64,000 nt of DNA from Candidatus Culexmicrobium cathedralense (GTDB lineage Archaea > Thermoproteota > Methanomethylicia > Culexarchaeales > Culexmicrobiaceae): the NCBI GenBank assembly GCA_025061115.1, contig JANZKC010000002.1:288001-352000 (forward strand), written 5' to 3'. Below the pieces are notes generated by a model. The model had not been told where the DNA came from. It ran no database searches and saw only the letters and a list, made by a program, of their open reading frames with translations. Position numbers and translations under genes: made by a program. Numbering within the stretch: the first letter of the stretch is position 1; each line of letters opens with the position of its first letter. This document shows positions 11,118 through 21,566 of this stretch, piece after piece.

Positions 11118-11840
11118 TCACCTAACCTCCAACTTCAAGATTTCAAATAGAATAATTGCGCTCCCACTCCTCACGCGCATTGAAAGAGATCTTACCTCAT
11201 CGCTACTCACAAGAATTAACTTAAGCCTACCATGTGGGCATGGCACGTTATATATGGATTTAAGCGCCGAAGTGACCGCAATTCTTATTCGCCCACCTTC
11301 AAGAACCTTAGCACTCTCAATAGTGTAAACCCTAACGTAGAGGTGATTGCCAAATGAAGAAACTTGAACCCCAAATAACAGCTTAATCGCAAAATTGTAC
11401 TTCACAGCCGAAATGCAGGATCCATTAAGCGAGAAGTAATCGCAGCCTCCAAAGAGAACAGTATTATTTGCGGACATTGGAGTTGAAGTAAAGGCCACAA
11501 TTTCAAATCCCCTCCACTCCCCAATCAAAGCCCCATTAGCAAATAGCGTCAAATTTTCAGTATAAATAATGGAAATATAGGAAAAACCTGGAAGCTCAAG
11601 AAGCTTCGACTCACCTTTAAACTCAAGGCGCTCAATCGACTCAGCCAAGGCCAATATCGATTCATCAGCTAAAGCCTCAACACCCCTTCCAATCAAGCTC
11701 GAGGTATAAGGAACACTTAGCCCATAGACAATTAGCGTTAAAGACACTATGGTGAAGCTCACAATCACTCCCGCTAAAATCTCCGAAACACCACGCTTAG
11801 ACTTCAAATTCAATATATGTAACGATGCCACGCCAATCAC
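11118..11840 (-). CDS. Type IV pilin-like protein (true start probably slightly internal)
   Basis: Class III signal peptide KSKRG/VSEILAGVIV. Confidence 0.8.
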   Translation of the reverse strand: MIGVASLHILNLKSKRGVSEILAGVIVSFTIVSLTLIVYGLSVPYTSSLIGRGVEALADESILALAESIERLEFKGESKLLELPGFSYISIIYTENLTLFANGALIGEWRGFEIVAFTSTPMSANNTVLFGGCDYFSLNGSCISAVKYNFAIKLLFGVQVSSFGNHLYVRVYTIESAKVLEGGRIRIAVTSALKSIYNVPCPHGRLKLILVSSDEVRSLSMRVRSGSAIILFEILKLEVR

Positions 11841-12483
11841 CTACATACAACCTAACCTTAGAGGCAAGTGCTGGAATAACTGCGCGAATAATCCATATGC
11901 CAGTAGAATCAAGAACTACAATTGGGTCAATGGCAATCCAGAAGTTTCCATCATAATATTCTAAAGTGAAGTTCAATGAACTTATAGGCAAACCATATTC
12001 CTTAACCACTTTAACTTTAAGGGAAGTTGCTTTAAACGCAGGGGAAGGCGGAGGGAAGTCCCTCGATAACTCCAAGATAGTCAAATTCAACTCGGAAAGG
12101 CACCTTAAAATGTAGTGAGAATTGAATTTGAAGTCGCTAACAGCAAAAGCGGCTTCAGCCCTACAAAATCCTTCACGAACAAGCGCCGTGGAATTCAATA
12201 TTGTAATTACTATTGGGAGATTTAAAGCCAAATTGTTAACTGCCCTCTCAAGGTACCAATTAAAGTCGCCGCCAAGAGATTTCCACGCCAAGGAGCTGTC
12301 CAATGCCCTCTTAACCATTTTATTAATAGCTTTCAAATATGAAGTAGGAACATCAGTACAAGTTGAGCGCAGAGGTATTGAGTAAATTAACTGAATTAGC
12401 ATGGACAAGTAGATGAGGGCAAAGATTATAAGAACCTGCCCTCTATCACCACGACCCCTTAACCAATACAATACGAACATCAC
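11797..12483 (-). CDS. Type IV pilin-like protein
   Basis: Class III-like signal DRG/QVLIIFALIYL. Confidence 0.7.
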   Translation of the reverse strand: MMFVLYWLRGRGDRGQVLIIFALIYLSMLIQLIYSIPLRSTCTDVPTSYLKAINKMVKRALDSSLAWKSLGGDFNWYLERAVNNLALNLPIVITILNSTALVREGFCRAEAAFAVSDFKFNSHYILRCLSELNLTILELSRDFPPPSPAFKATSLKVKVVKEYGLPISSLNFTLEYYDGNFWIAIDPIVVLDSTGIWIIRAVIPALASKVRLYVGDWRGIVTYIEFEV

Positions 12484-12832
12484 CCCTAAAAGTCAAGACA
12501 TATACTGCAACTGCAACATCATTGTCTCCAATAGCTCCCCTAGAAAAACTTGAAATAACCCTCCCATTTCCATCGAGAACTTCCACTGCAAAATTAATTT
12601 CAGAGGGTAGAAGCCTTTCAATTGACTCGTATAATGCCCTCCACTCTCCACTATAAATCAATCTAGTTAATTCCCCATTTTCATCAGCTTCAACAAGCGC
12701 ATCAAATAGAATGCCTCTAAGTTCACCAACACACCTAGTCGCTCTAAAATGCCGAGGAATTAGAAGCGGCGTTATAATGATCATTAATGCTAGAAGCGCC
12801 TCAAAAATCCTAGAAAAACCAAGCTTATCCAC
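12446..12832 (-). CDS. Type IV pilin-like protein
   Basis: MDKLG/FSRIFEALLALMII, class III-like. Confidence 0.7.
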   Translation of the reverse strand: MDKLGFSRIFEALLALMIIITPLLIPRHFRATRCVGELRGILFDALVEADENGELTRLIYSGEWRALYESIERLLPSEINFAVEVLDGNGRVISSFSRGAIGDNDVAVAVYVLTFRGDVRIVLVKGSW

Positions 12833-15143
12833 GCTGCTTCCCTCTCCCTACAACTAGCTTAACAACACATTCATGCCTAATCGAACTGCTTGACCCTAAA
12901 ATGGTTACCCAGTAAACCTTAGATGGAGTAAGCTTGCTCACGTAAATGATTAGAGTGCTATTGAATGGCGGCCTCCCTCTTGCCGGCCGGAGGAGAAAAA
13001 TCGAGAATGGCGGCAGATCATTGACTGTAACTTCGACTACATCATTGAAACCACCTATAGGAGTAATGAGAACTTTAAATAGCACAGCACCACTACGACT
13101 TATCTCAACTTCCTTGGGCAAGACAGTTAAATTGAAGTCTTTAACTTCACCCAAAACGAGAACTGTAAGTAGCGAGAAGCTTTCCATTCCATCATCGCCA
13201 ACACCCTTAATCAAAATTTTATACTCTCCCGAAGAAGCTGAAGATGTTTGTATGGTGCACGTCGAATTAAATGGTGGAATAGCCCTTTCCGGATTAAATG
13301 TAACGTTAAATCCAATTGGAACATTTTCCGCAGTAATTTCAACGGGATGTTGATAGTCATTAATGGGATTAATGTGAACTTCAATTTTCACTTCATCCAG
13401 TGAATCAACTTCAACTTTACTTGGAAAGAGTAAGATGCTAAAGCTTGAATTGGATTTTGGTAAGACATTTACCTCAACTTCACAATACGCCGTAAATCCA
13501 CCTTCACTAATGCCCTTCACATAAAATGCATACGTGCCGGGTGGAGCATGTTGATCAGCAATTATTGTAGCCATAATTGAAAATGGAGTTATTCCAGAAA
13601 TTTCGCTCAAATTAATGGATAAATACGGAAATGAGCTTGATGCATATAAACTAACATTGACTTCACGAAATTCACTGAAGCTCATAACATCTATTCTAAC
13701 TTGAGCCGATCCACCTGCAGTGACGTTTACACAATGAGGGTACGCTTTGATTGTAAAGGCATTCTCCTCAACTCTAACATCTAGGTTATATGGCCAAGTC
13801 CATAACTCAACAATGTAAAGGTAGCTGCCAATAAAAATTGACTTCAACATATGAAAAGCCTCACTTCGCACTCCACCATAAAGGCGCGGCAGTGGAGGAA
13901 CACTAGCTACGTAATATGAGGAGTTGTTCGATGAATAAGCAACCAAAATTAAAGGAAGAAAACTATAGTTTAACTTGAAAATTCCATCAACATGAAAGTC
14001 TTTAATGTAGCCAGCGCTTAATGCCCTAGATTCAATTGGGGATAAAGCATAGTAAGAGTAGTTGCCCAAGGGCAATTTGATGTAAATTCCACTATGAAAT
14101 ATGGGAAGGCTGCTTGGAAGAACTACCAGCGAAGGATATTGCTCCCCGCTGAAATGGAATTTAACGCTTCCAGACATCTTAACAATTTTTACGTAAATTC
14201 TATCTCCCTCAGATAGTTCGCATTCATCTACAAAATGCAATTTAATTGAGTAGCACTTAGCATCATGTGAACTCACATTAACAACATTGCTTACGAGAGA
14301 GCGGATTAAGTCAAGCCTTCTATTAGCAATTCCAATTTCAAGCCGAACTTGGCCGAAGCCTGAAAGAAACAACCTGGCTTCGCCAAATCCAGAATATAAT
14401 TGAAAAGTGCTATCAAAAGCTTGACTATAAAAGATAATTGGTGTGAACAGCACATTCTCAGTTCTAGCTCCCCCAGCTTTGCCCTCAGCTAAAAGATACT
14501 TTGAATAGCCGAGCGGAATGCTAGTAAAGAAGAGCGCACCATTAAAGGCAGCCGCCTCAACTTCTTTGAAAATACCAGTGTAATTAAACCCAAAAAATTC
14601 ACCATCAACCGCAAAAGCTACTACCAATTTAGGTTCAAATCCAAATTTATAGTAGCCACAACCACCGGCAGCTCGAATGCAAATCCTATCTACACGGCCA
14701 TTCTCATTAAATGCATATAGGAAGATGTCGGCAGAAAATGGAGCGGTAGTTATGGAGTTCACTACCGTGCAGTACAACTCTCTACCCTTTAACTGCAAAG
14801 AAACCTGGAGAGAAGGTTTTATTGTGAGAGTTAATCCATATCGAGTTACCCCAAGAAGCCTTTGCAGCTCATCATATGGCAAGTAGGAGCTTGAGCATAT
14901 AGACCTGCACTCTACGCTGAGCTTCTGGATGAAGTGAGAGCACGCTTTACCATTTGGAGCCAATATCGAAAGCAAATAGTGAGATAGGAAGCTTTGCAAT
15001 GAATTGTCATTAAGTTTCTGCAAGCTAAAATTAGCATATGAATTCAATCCAGCAAGACATGCTGTTAATAGCATGAACACCATCAATCCTGCAAATACAT
15101 ATTCGACTACGACTTCCACTCCTATCAGCCACCTACTTTGCAT
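12825..15143 (-). CDS. Large pilin-like surface protein with three C-terminal Ig-like repeats
   Basis: N-terminal VVEYVFAGLMVFMLL helix; ~105-aa repeats of pattern F.I...P..V.V...V.L....P.......P.PFNST.......G.Y...I.G. Confidence 0.65.
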   Translation of the reverse strand: MQSRWLIGVEVVVEYVFAGLMVFMLLTACLAGLNSYANFSLQKLNDNSLQSFLSHYLLSILAPNGKACSHFIQKLSVECRSICSSSYLPYDELQRLLGVTRYGLTLTIKPSLQVSLQLKGRELYCTVVNSITTAPFSADIFLYAFNENGRVDRICIRAAGGCGYYKFGFEPKLVVAFAVDGEFFGFNYTGIFKEVEAAAFNGALFFTSIPLGYSKYLLAEGKAGGARTENVLFTPIIFYSQAFDSTFQLYSGFGEARLFLSGFGQVRLEIGIANRRLDLIRSLVSNVVNVSSHDAKCYSIKLHFVDECELSEGDRIYVKIVKMSGSVKFHFSGEQYPSLVVLPSSLPIFHSGIYIKLPLGNYSYYALSPIESRALSAGYIKDFHVDGIFKLNYSFLPLILVAYSSNNSSYYVASVPPLPRLYGGVRSEAFHMLKSIFIGSYLYIVELWTWPYNLDVRVEENAFTIKAYPHCVNVTAGGSAQVRIDVMSFSEFREVNVSLYASSSFPYLSINLSEISGITPFSIMATIIADQHAPPGTYAFYVKGISEGGFTAYCEVEVNVLPKSNSSFSILLFPSKVEVDSLDEVKIEVHINPINDYQHPVEITAENVPIGFNVTFNPERAIPPFNSTCTIQTSSASSGEYKILIKGVGDDGMESFSLLTVLVLGEVKDFNLTVLPKEVEISRSGAVLFKVLITPIGGFNDVVEVTVNDLPPFSIFLLRPARGRPPFNSTLIIYVSKLTPSKVYWVTILGSSSSIRHECVVKLVVGRGKQRG

Positions 15144-18100
15144 TTAGCTCTTCCAATTATCGCATTACCATAGGTAACTTCAACTTCAACATAATCGGCA
15201 TTAACATCCGCAATATTGATGGGCAGAACCTCTATCTCGCCATGCCTAATAGTTAAAGGCACGTCTAATACTAGCTGAGGCTGCATAGCATAGTCGTAAA
15301 TCGCTACATGGACACAGCAGCTCAAATCCATTAAGCCGCATAAGCTTGCCATCTCTATTGATAATGTGGATTCCATAACGCGAATTGAGATAATAGTGGA
15401 TAAATCTTCAAATGAAATGATGGTGTTAGCCCACTTGCAGCACGTAACCCACCTATCAGAACTGTCAAAACACATCAACTTGACTTCAAATGCCCTATTA
15501 AAGGGCAATTTAACTTCCAAATTCACAAGTCCGCGATCATCAGTCAAGCCCTCAACAGACGCTAGGAGGCTGCCATTCTTATCGAAAAACAGAAGGGTGG
15601 TCAGCACTCCACTAGCTGGCTCTAAAGTATAGCGATAGTAAATTTGAAATTCAACGTGATAGTTGAAGTCCGAGCAGTTGGATGACATTAAGTGCGCAGC
15701 GATACTTCTAAAGCGCACAAGGCACTCGGCCTTTGAAGTTGAGTTCTTGTAGACGCTTATTCCACTTCCAGCATAATAGAGTCTAGCTGGAAGATAGGCA
15801 TCAACATCTAATCTGGGAGCTTGCATAATTATGCTTCCATTACCAAGTATTGGAGAACTCCTTAGTGAGCTGTTATCTGGAAGAATAAGCTGAACCTCGA
15901 TTGTTCCATTCCTATTTTCAATCGCCTCTCCAGTTGAAGCCCAAGTTACATTAAAGAAAATCATGCTGTAGCTAAACCAGTTTTTAACAAAATATGAAAG
16001 AGAGGCTCCATCAACTTTGAAGGTAGCTCTCCCAATAATTTCTCCCCTAAAACTTCTAACAACAACATCATAAACTCCAAACGTATTGTTAGGTCCATTT
16101 AGAAGGAAAATAGCTGAAGCCAATCCGGATGAATTCGTGCGAACCTGAATTGAAGATGAATATGCTGGGTGAGAGATTTCTTGGGGAATTTCTATGATCA
16201 CAGGAGTATTTGGAGTATAATTAACTAAGACGCCTATAGCTTCATAAGGTAGGAATGCTTCTTCATCAACCCACCGCCCCGAAGGCCAGTGAACGTAGTA
16301 AAGATTAACTTTAGCAGGGTAATCAATTATTGTCGCTCCAAAAAAGTCCATTACGGAGCGATCTTCGCTTGAAGCCAAAATTGTAATATTGTGAAATCCC
16401 AAGACTGATTGTTCATCAGCTTCGAGCAAGAGCTCAATTAGCTCAGACTCATTTGGGCTTAAAGATACTAAATTTTTGCTTAGGGAAGCTCGAAGATATG
16501 GCGGAAGCTCGTCAACTTCCAGCAGCACATCGCCTTTAAAATTGTTTAAGCTGGTTAAATTCACCCAATACTTTGCAGATTCACCAACAATGATCGTCTG
16601 ATTTTTTGGGAATACCTCAACTTCAATAAGCGGCTTAGGAAGCTCTTCAACATTTAAGTAAAAAGTATTGCTTTCTCTTGATATCGAGCCGTCACTACCT
16701 TTAACTTTAAGTTCATAAATTCCAGGATTAGTGATTTCAGCAATGCTGATAGCAAGAGTAACTTCAGCAGCCGAATATGAAATTCGAACTGGATTGCTGG
16801 AAAAGCTTGCTGAAGCCTTTAAATTTGAAGCTACAAGTGACAGGTAAATTTTCCCAGAATACCCATTTAATGGCTTAATAGTCACATTGAAAATCGCAGT
16901 TCCTCCTTGAAATATGCTTTGCATAGTGGGGTTAACAGATATTTTAAATGAAGGTTTGAGGTAACCTGTTATCCGCACTTTAATGGATTTCTTTTGACCA
17001 TCAGCTCCCGTAGCTATCACTTCAACTCTAGCTGTACTAGGAATTTTAGGTGAGAATACCGCATAGCACTTGATTGTCGGCTTCCCCTCATTTATCCCCA
17101 CAAATCTAACGTTAAGCCATTTAGGAGCATTCTTTACCGTTACTTTAACCGGCTTATCATACCCGTTGGAGCTTACCACATAGACTGTAACGCTGTCAGA
17201 GCCGCCCACAGGAATTTTCAAAGAACTCGGCAACACGTATAGTGAGAAGCTTGGAATGACGATTTGCACATTCTTCTTAGAAGCTAGATAATTGTAGTCA
17301 CCTTCAAATTTAACTTCAAAATTCCTTATGCCAGTAGATGCTCCCTCTGGAATTTTATATTTGAACGAGAAAAAGCCATCTTTACTTGTAATTGTAGATG
17401 AAACGTATGTACCATCGAGGTAAAGCTTTACGATCTTCCAGGATAAAGGCGAACCTCTGCTAGAGGTTAACCTACCACTTATTAAAATGGTATTTCCCCA
17501 ATACGCCTTATTAGGTGAGGCTGTAGCTTTAATGGAGGTTGTCTCCTTATAGCGAATTTTAACTGATACTTTTGCTCCAAAACTTCCACTGTAAAAATCA
17601 GAGGTTGCAAATGCATAGTCTTCCAAAGCTCCATAGGCTCCAGCCTTGACGTAGAGAATAGCTCTTAACTGAATCTTCTTCCCCTTTGAAACTGTCATTT
17701 GAACCTTATATCGCTTAACCCGATTTACATAGGTGAAGTAGCGCTCTCTAAATCCCGGTCCATATAAATCTAGTGTAACGGACTCTAAAACAAGCCTATT
17801 GGAGCCGAACATTAGCGTAAGTTGAAGCTGCGCAGTGGCACTATGACTATATGGGTTTGATGAAGCTTGAACGCGCATATATCCTCTAAGTGAATATTTG
17901 ACCTCAATTTCAACGATTTTACCGCTGAAGCTTGGAATCCAATTTTTATTTAAAATAATAGTTATCTCGCTTTCGCTCATAAGCGAGCCGACGCCCTTCA
18001 TTGACTTGGCAAACGATTCAAGAGTGCCCAGTCCAAGCGAGTAATGATAAAGGGTTTGAGAATAATCACCCCTAGAATAGGCATATACATCACCGCTACT

Positions 18101-18220
18101 GAAGGGTGGAGCCAAAAACTCGGTGAGCTCCTCGGAAATAAGGTAACTAGGCTGAGCTATAACTTGAATTGGAAGTAATGTGAGTATTAAAATGCTAAGT
18201 AAGAATAATCTCTTCACCAA
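15125..18220 (-). CDS. Secreted multi-Ig-domain surface protein / putative adhesin
   Basis: Class I signal MVKRLFLLSILILTLLPIQVIA; several beta-sandwich repeats; many NxS/T sequons. Confidence 0.65.
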   Translation of the reverse strand: MVKRLFLLSILILTLLPIQVIAQPSYLISEELTEFLAPPFSSGDVYAYSRGDYSQTLYHYSLGLGTLESFAKSMKGVGSLMSESEITIILNKNWIPSFSGKIVEIEVKYSLRGYMRVQASSNPYSHSATAQLQLTLMFGSNRLVLESVTLDLYGPGFRERYFTYVNRVKRYKVQMTVSKGKKIQLRAILYVKAGAYGALEDYAFATSDFYSGSFGAKVSVKIRYKETTSIKATASPNKAYWGNTILISGRLTSSRGSPLSWKIVKLYLDGTYVSSTITSKDGFFSFKYKIPEGASTGIRNFEVKFEGDYNYLASKKNVQIVIPSFSLYVLPSSLKIPVGGSDSVTVYVVSSNGYDKPVKVTVKNAPKWLNVRFVGINEGKPTIKCYAVFSPKIPSTARVEVIATGADGQKKSIKVRITGYLKPSFKISVNPTMQSIFQGGTAIFNVTIKPLNGYSGKIYLSLVASNLKASASFSSNPVRISYSAAEVTLAISIAEITNPGIYELKVKGSDGSISRESNTFYLNVEELPKPLIEVEVFPKNQTIIVGESAKYWVNLTSLNNFKGDVLLEVDELPPYLRASLSKNLVSLSPNESELIELLLEADEQSVLGFHNITILASSEDRSVMDFFGATIIDYPAKVNLYYVHWPSGRWVDEEAFLPYEAIGVLVNYTPNTPVIIEIPQEISHPAYSSSIQVRTNSSGLASAIFLLNGPNNTFGVYDVVVRSFRGEIIGRATFKVDGASLSYFVKNWFSYSMIFFNVTWASTGEAIENRNGTIEVQLILPDNSSLRSSPILGNGSIIMQAPRLDVDAYLPARLYYAGSGISVYKNSTSKAECLVRFRSIAAHLMSSNCSDFNYHVEFQIYYRYTLEPASGVLTTLLFFDKNGSLLASVEGLTDDRGLVNLEVKLPFNRAFEVKLMCFDSSDRWVTCCKWANTIISFEDLSTIISIRVMESTLSIEMASLCGLMDLSCCVHVAIYDYAMQPQLVLDVPLTIRHGEIEVLPINIADVNADYVEVEVTYGNAIIGRAKCKVGG

Positions 18221-19908
18221 AAATAGCCAACCCCCTTAATTCCGATAAGCGCAATTAAAGTGCATATGGCAGAATGCTTGAAGCCGCCTATAATGGTTCC
18301 ACTTGTAATTTTACCTACAATCATTCCAATTAAGCAGGAAACTACAACTATTGTAGTGAAACTCGAGGAAATTATAAGGTAAAGCAGTTCCTTAGATATA
18401 GGTAGAAGATTTGAAACGTAAATTTCAGATAAGTCGCTTACAAGCTGAACTTGTGGAATAATTGCGTAGTTAATTAGCTGAACAACTACAAATAGAAGTA
18501 TTAAGGAAGTTACGTAGCCAATTACGCAGTAAGGCTTGAGCTCCTTAGAAATCCTACCCTTAACTTCAACATAGTCTTCTGAAAATTTTGCTAAAAGAGA
18601 GAAGGTCTCCGCAGAACCTCCTCCTGAAATTAAAGCTTCCTTAAAGAGCCAGAGCATAGCTTTGCTGAACCATGACTCAACTTCTTTAATTACTTTTTCA
18701 ATGGCTTGATCTATTGGGGTTAATGAGAATCGCAGCATGTGATCGATTTTATTGATTAAATTGTCAAGCGGCTCTCCATACGACTTTGACCTAGCTTCAC
18801 TAAGCGCTTTTTCAATACTCAATCCTACTTTTCTTGCTTCAGCAATATCCCTCAAAAATCTAGGCATAGTCCTTTCTATTTGAAGCTGCTTTCTGTAATC
18901 AATTTCATGCATGATTGCTGGAGGTAGAAAGCTAGCAAATACAATTAATGATAAACTCTCATACACCTCAAACTTATAGTAAGAATGAATTATAACTACG
19001 GCAGGCGCAAGCACTAAAGCGAACTTCAATGCGATTATCATGTACTTCATGTAGCTCTGAGGAAGTTTAAATTGCTCAGAATCTATTGCCACCAAGAGCC
19101 CCAAGGCAGATAGCGGTGCAACGATAAAGCTGTAAATTCTCATCATGAAAACACCTTGACTTGGAGCCATTATAGAGAAGATGCTGAAAATTCCCAGAGG
19201 GACGAATACGAAAAAGACAACCATCAAATCCCCATAAAGCCTAGCACTTTCAGCATACCTCTTCAATGCATTACGCATCCAATCAACAACTTTGACGCTG
19301 TAATCAAGTAGGAAATTTAGAGCGCTTCCACCAGTTCTTAAAATTCTCACGTAGGAGAGAAGGTAGTCTCTAAACTCCTTCGAAGGATGTCTGCTTGCCA
19401 CCAATTCTAAAGCTAGCGTTGGCTCCTTGGAAAAGAAGAGCTTCTCCTTAAGAATAAGCTTAGCCTCCAGGTTAGCTGCCCTAAACACGTTTTGATTTGA
19501 AAGCCTCTCAAAAGCATTATACAGCGATAGTCCAGCTAAACTCATCATTCCAGCGTAAGTTGCAATGAAAGGTAACTCCGCTAGCAGCGCCCTTCTTCTA
19601 GCGTCAGCTTTGAACTTAGGGTAAAGATTGAACAGAAGTAGACATATTAAAGGCGGAGCCAAAGTTACTGTTAACAAGAAGTAATTCTTCAATATAAGCG
19701 CCATAAATATGGCGAATGCGGAGGCAGGAACGCATATGACAATTAAGTAGAAAGCGAAGATAGATCCATATCCAATAGGGCTTATGGGAATGCCGGCTTG
19801 AACAATCTTTTCACTTAACTTAAACTTCTTAGACAATAGCTCTCCAATGCCTCCAAAATAATTGTAAGCTAATCCGGCTGGAACGCCAAAAAGGCGTTTA
19901 GACTTCAA
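18214..19908 (-). CDS. TadC/ArlJ-type (T2SSF) membrane platform with two cytoplasmic domains
   Basis: Two repeats (ELPFIATY..GLSL and MPRFLRDIAEARKVGLSIEKAL), multiple TM helices, adjacent to secretion ATPase. Confidence 0.88.
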   Translation of the reverse strand: MKSKRLFGVPAGLAYNYFGGIGELLSKKFKLSEKIVQAGIPISPIGYGSIFAFYLIVICVPASAFAIFMALILKNYFLLTVTLAPPLICLLLFNLYPKFKADARRRALLAELPFIATYAGMMSLAGLSLYNAFERLSNQNVFRAANLEAKLILKEKLFFSKEPTLALELVASRHPSKEFRDYLLSYVRILRTGGSALNFLLDYSVKVVDWMRNALKRYAESARLYGDLMVVFFVFVPLGIFSIFSIMAPSQGVFMMRIYSFIVAPLSALGLLVAIDSEQFKLPQSYMKYMIIALKFALVLAPAVVIIHSYYKFEVYESLSLIVFASFLPPAIMHEIDYRKQLQIERTMPRFLRDIAEARKVGLSIEKALSEARSKSYGEPLDNLINKIDHMLRFSLTPIDQAIEKVIKEVESWFSKAMLWLFKEALISGGGSAETFSLLAKFSEDYVEVKGRISKELKPYCVIGYVTSLILLFVVVQLINYAIIPQVQLVSDLSEIYVSNLLPISKELLYLIISSSFTTIVVVSCLIGMIVGKITSGTIIGGFKHSAICTLIALIGIKGVGYFW

Positions 19909-21475
19909 TTTTAAACACCTCTTTAAAAGCGTAATTAGGCTTTTTGGAGTAGAAAGATCTCAGCTCCTTTACAAAATCCTCATATTCTCTAACACCGCGA
20001 TCATTAAGCTCCTGAAAGAAATTCACTCGACGCTTAATCTCCTCGCAGACTCTCCTCATACTCCAACCCCTTTCGATGCAAATTTGCCCAAGAATACGGC
20101 TTTCAGATACAATTGCCTCAACACTTTTAGGTTCAAAATCATTTATTGATGGAATCCAATTGAAGATCCTCCTGTACTTACCATAATCCTCGATTTCATA
20201 AACACCCACAACTTTCCTGTAAACACCACTTGTAAGCTCAACTCTGCGAACAATTACAGCGCAGTTCATTAAAGGAATATAGCTTGGAGAAACACTCATG
20301 GGTGGAGATGTAAGCCTTTTAATGGCAGCTTCCAGAGAGGCAGCATGCATAGTGCACATGCATCCATGCCCGGTTGCTGCTGCTTGAAATAAAACGTAAG
20401 CTTCCTCACCTCTAATTTCTCCAACAACAATGTAGTCAGGCCTTTTTCTCATTGCCACTTTAACTAAATCGAAAAGAGTTATCTCGCTGATCTTCTCTCC
20501 AACAGCATATGCATGCCTAGTCACAAGAGGCTCCCAACCCTTAACTGGAATCTTAAGTTCAGGAACATCTTCAATGGTTTCAACAGTCCAGTCAGGCTTA
20601 AACAGGGCTCCTAAAGCTGATAGCAATGTGGTCTTGCCAGTTGCAGTTCCACCAATAACAAATATGCTCTTCTTATTTTCAATAAGCATCCAGAAATATG
20701 CTGCCATCAGCGCGCTAAGAGTGTTGAAGTCGTAGATTAGGTGCATGACAGTATACGGCTTCTCCCTGAACTTCCTAATGCAAATGTTAGTCGATCTTTG
20801 ACTGACTTCCCTCCCATAGCATATCGACACTCTATGCTTATCCGGCAGAACAGCATCAACAATTGGAAAGGCTATTGAAACGTGCTTTCCAGCCATGTGC
20901 GCTAACTTGGAAGCCAAGGCATTCATCTCAGCCTCAGTTAAAATCACGTTAGTTGTAAGCCAATCAAGATGCCCAAAGCGCCTATGCCATACAATGAATG
21001 GAAAGCCCGGTCCAACGCACTTGATATCTTCAATATCAGGATCCCTCATTAAGGGCTCGATAGGCCCATACCCCAAATCCCTCTGAACGAAGTATATGAT
21101 GCGATCGATGCTCAGGTCATAGATCGCCTTAAACCCGTAGTCTGCAGCTATCCTTCTAGCTTGAGCTCTGATAAACCTCGCTAAATCAACTTCACATTCA
21201 GGTAGCTCCAACTCGAATCTAAGCAGATTTGACAACTTATGGTAAATTTCAACTTCTACATCTAGCAAGCTCGGCTCATTAATTAAATATAAGCCCTCGC
21301 CACCCCTCTCCGCAATCACAACTTGAACCTGATCATTGCAAACCTTATAGGAATCCAGCACCTCAACACCATCCGAAATGCAAGATCTGAAGACACGTAC
21401 CTCAACTGATGAGGACCGGTCACGCTTATAATCAACTTTTCTGCGAAATTTCAGCTTCAGCATGGAGCGCAGCAC
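19898..21475 (-). CDS. Type II/IV secretion (TadA/ArlI-family) assembly ATPase
   Basis: DPDIEDIKC, GGTATGKTT, IEDVPEL, RPDYIVVGEIRG, TGHG...TMHA. Confidence 0.93.
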   Translation of the reverse strand: MLRSMLKLKFRRKVDYKRDRSSSVEVRVFRSCISDGVEVLDSYKVCNDQVQVVIAERGGEGLYLINEPSLLDVEVEIYHKLSNLLRFELELPECEVDLARFIRAQARRIAADYGFKAIYDLSIDRIIYFVQRDLGYGPIEPLMRDPDIEDIKCVGPGFPFIVWHRRFGHLDWLTTNVILTEAEMNALASKLAHMAGKHVSIAFPIVDAVLPDKHRVSICYGREVSQRSTNICIRKFREKPYTVMHLIYDFNTLSALMAAYFWMLIENKKSIFVIGGTATGKTTLLSALGALFKPDWTVETIEDVPELKIPVKGWEPLVTRHAYAVGEKISEITLFDLVKVAMRKRPDYIVVGEIRGEEAYVLFQAAATGHGCMCTMHAASLEAAIKRLTSPPMSVSPSYIPLMNCAVIVRRVELTSGVYRKVVGVYEIEDYGKYRRIFNWIPSINDFEPKSVEAIVSESRILGQICIERGWSMRRVCEEIKRRVNFFQELNDRGVREYEDFVKELRSFYSKKPNYAFKEVFKIEV

Positions 21476-21502
21476 CAGCCCAAAATCAGAAGCTTCACAA
21501 CG

Positions 21503-21541
21503 TATTTAAAGCCAACATGAAATGTGAATAGGGCTTTTATA
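21503..21541. promoter_or_regulatory. Back-to-back TATA boxes for the pilus operon (-) and the coiled-coil gene (+)
   Basis: TTTAAATA on - strand at 21503-21510 (~28 nt before GTG 21475) and TTTTATA at 21535-21541 (~26 nt before ATG 21567), consistent with leaderless transcripts. Confidence 0.55.
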
Positions 21542-21566
21542 CCCAATTAAAATCGAAATTGAGGGC

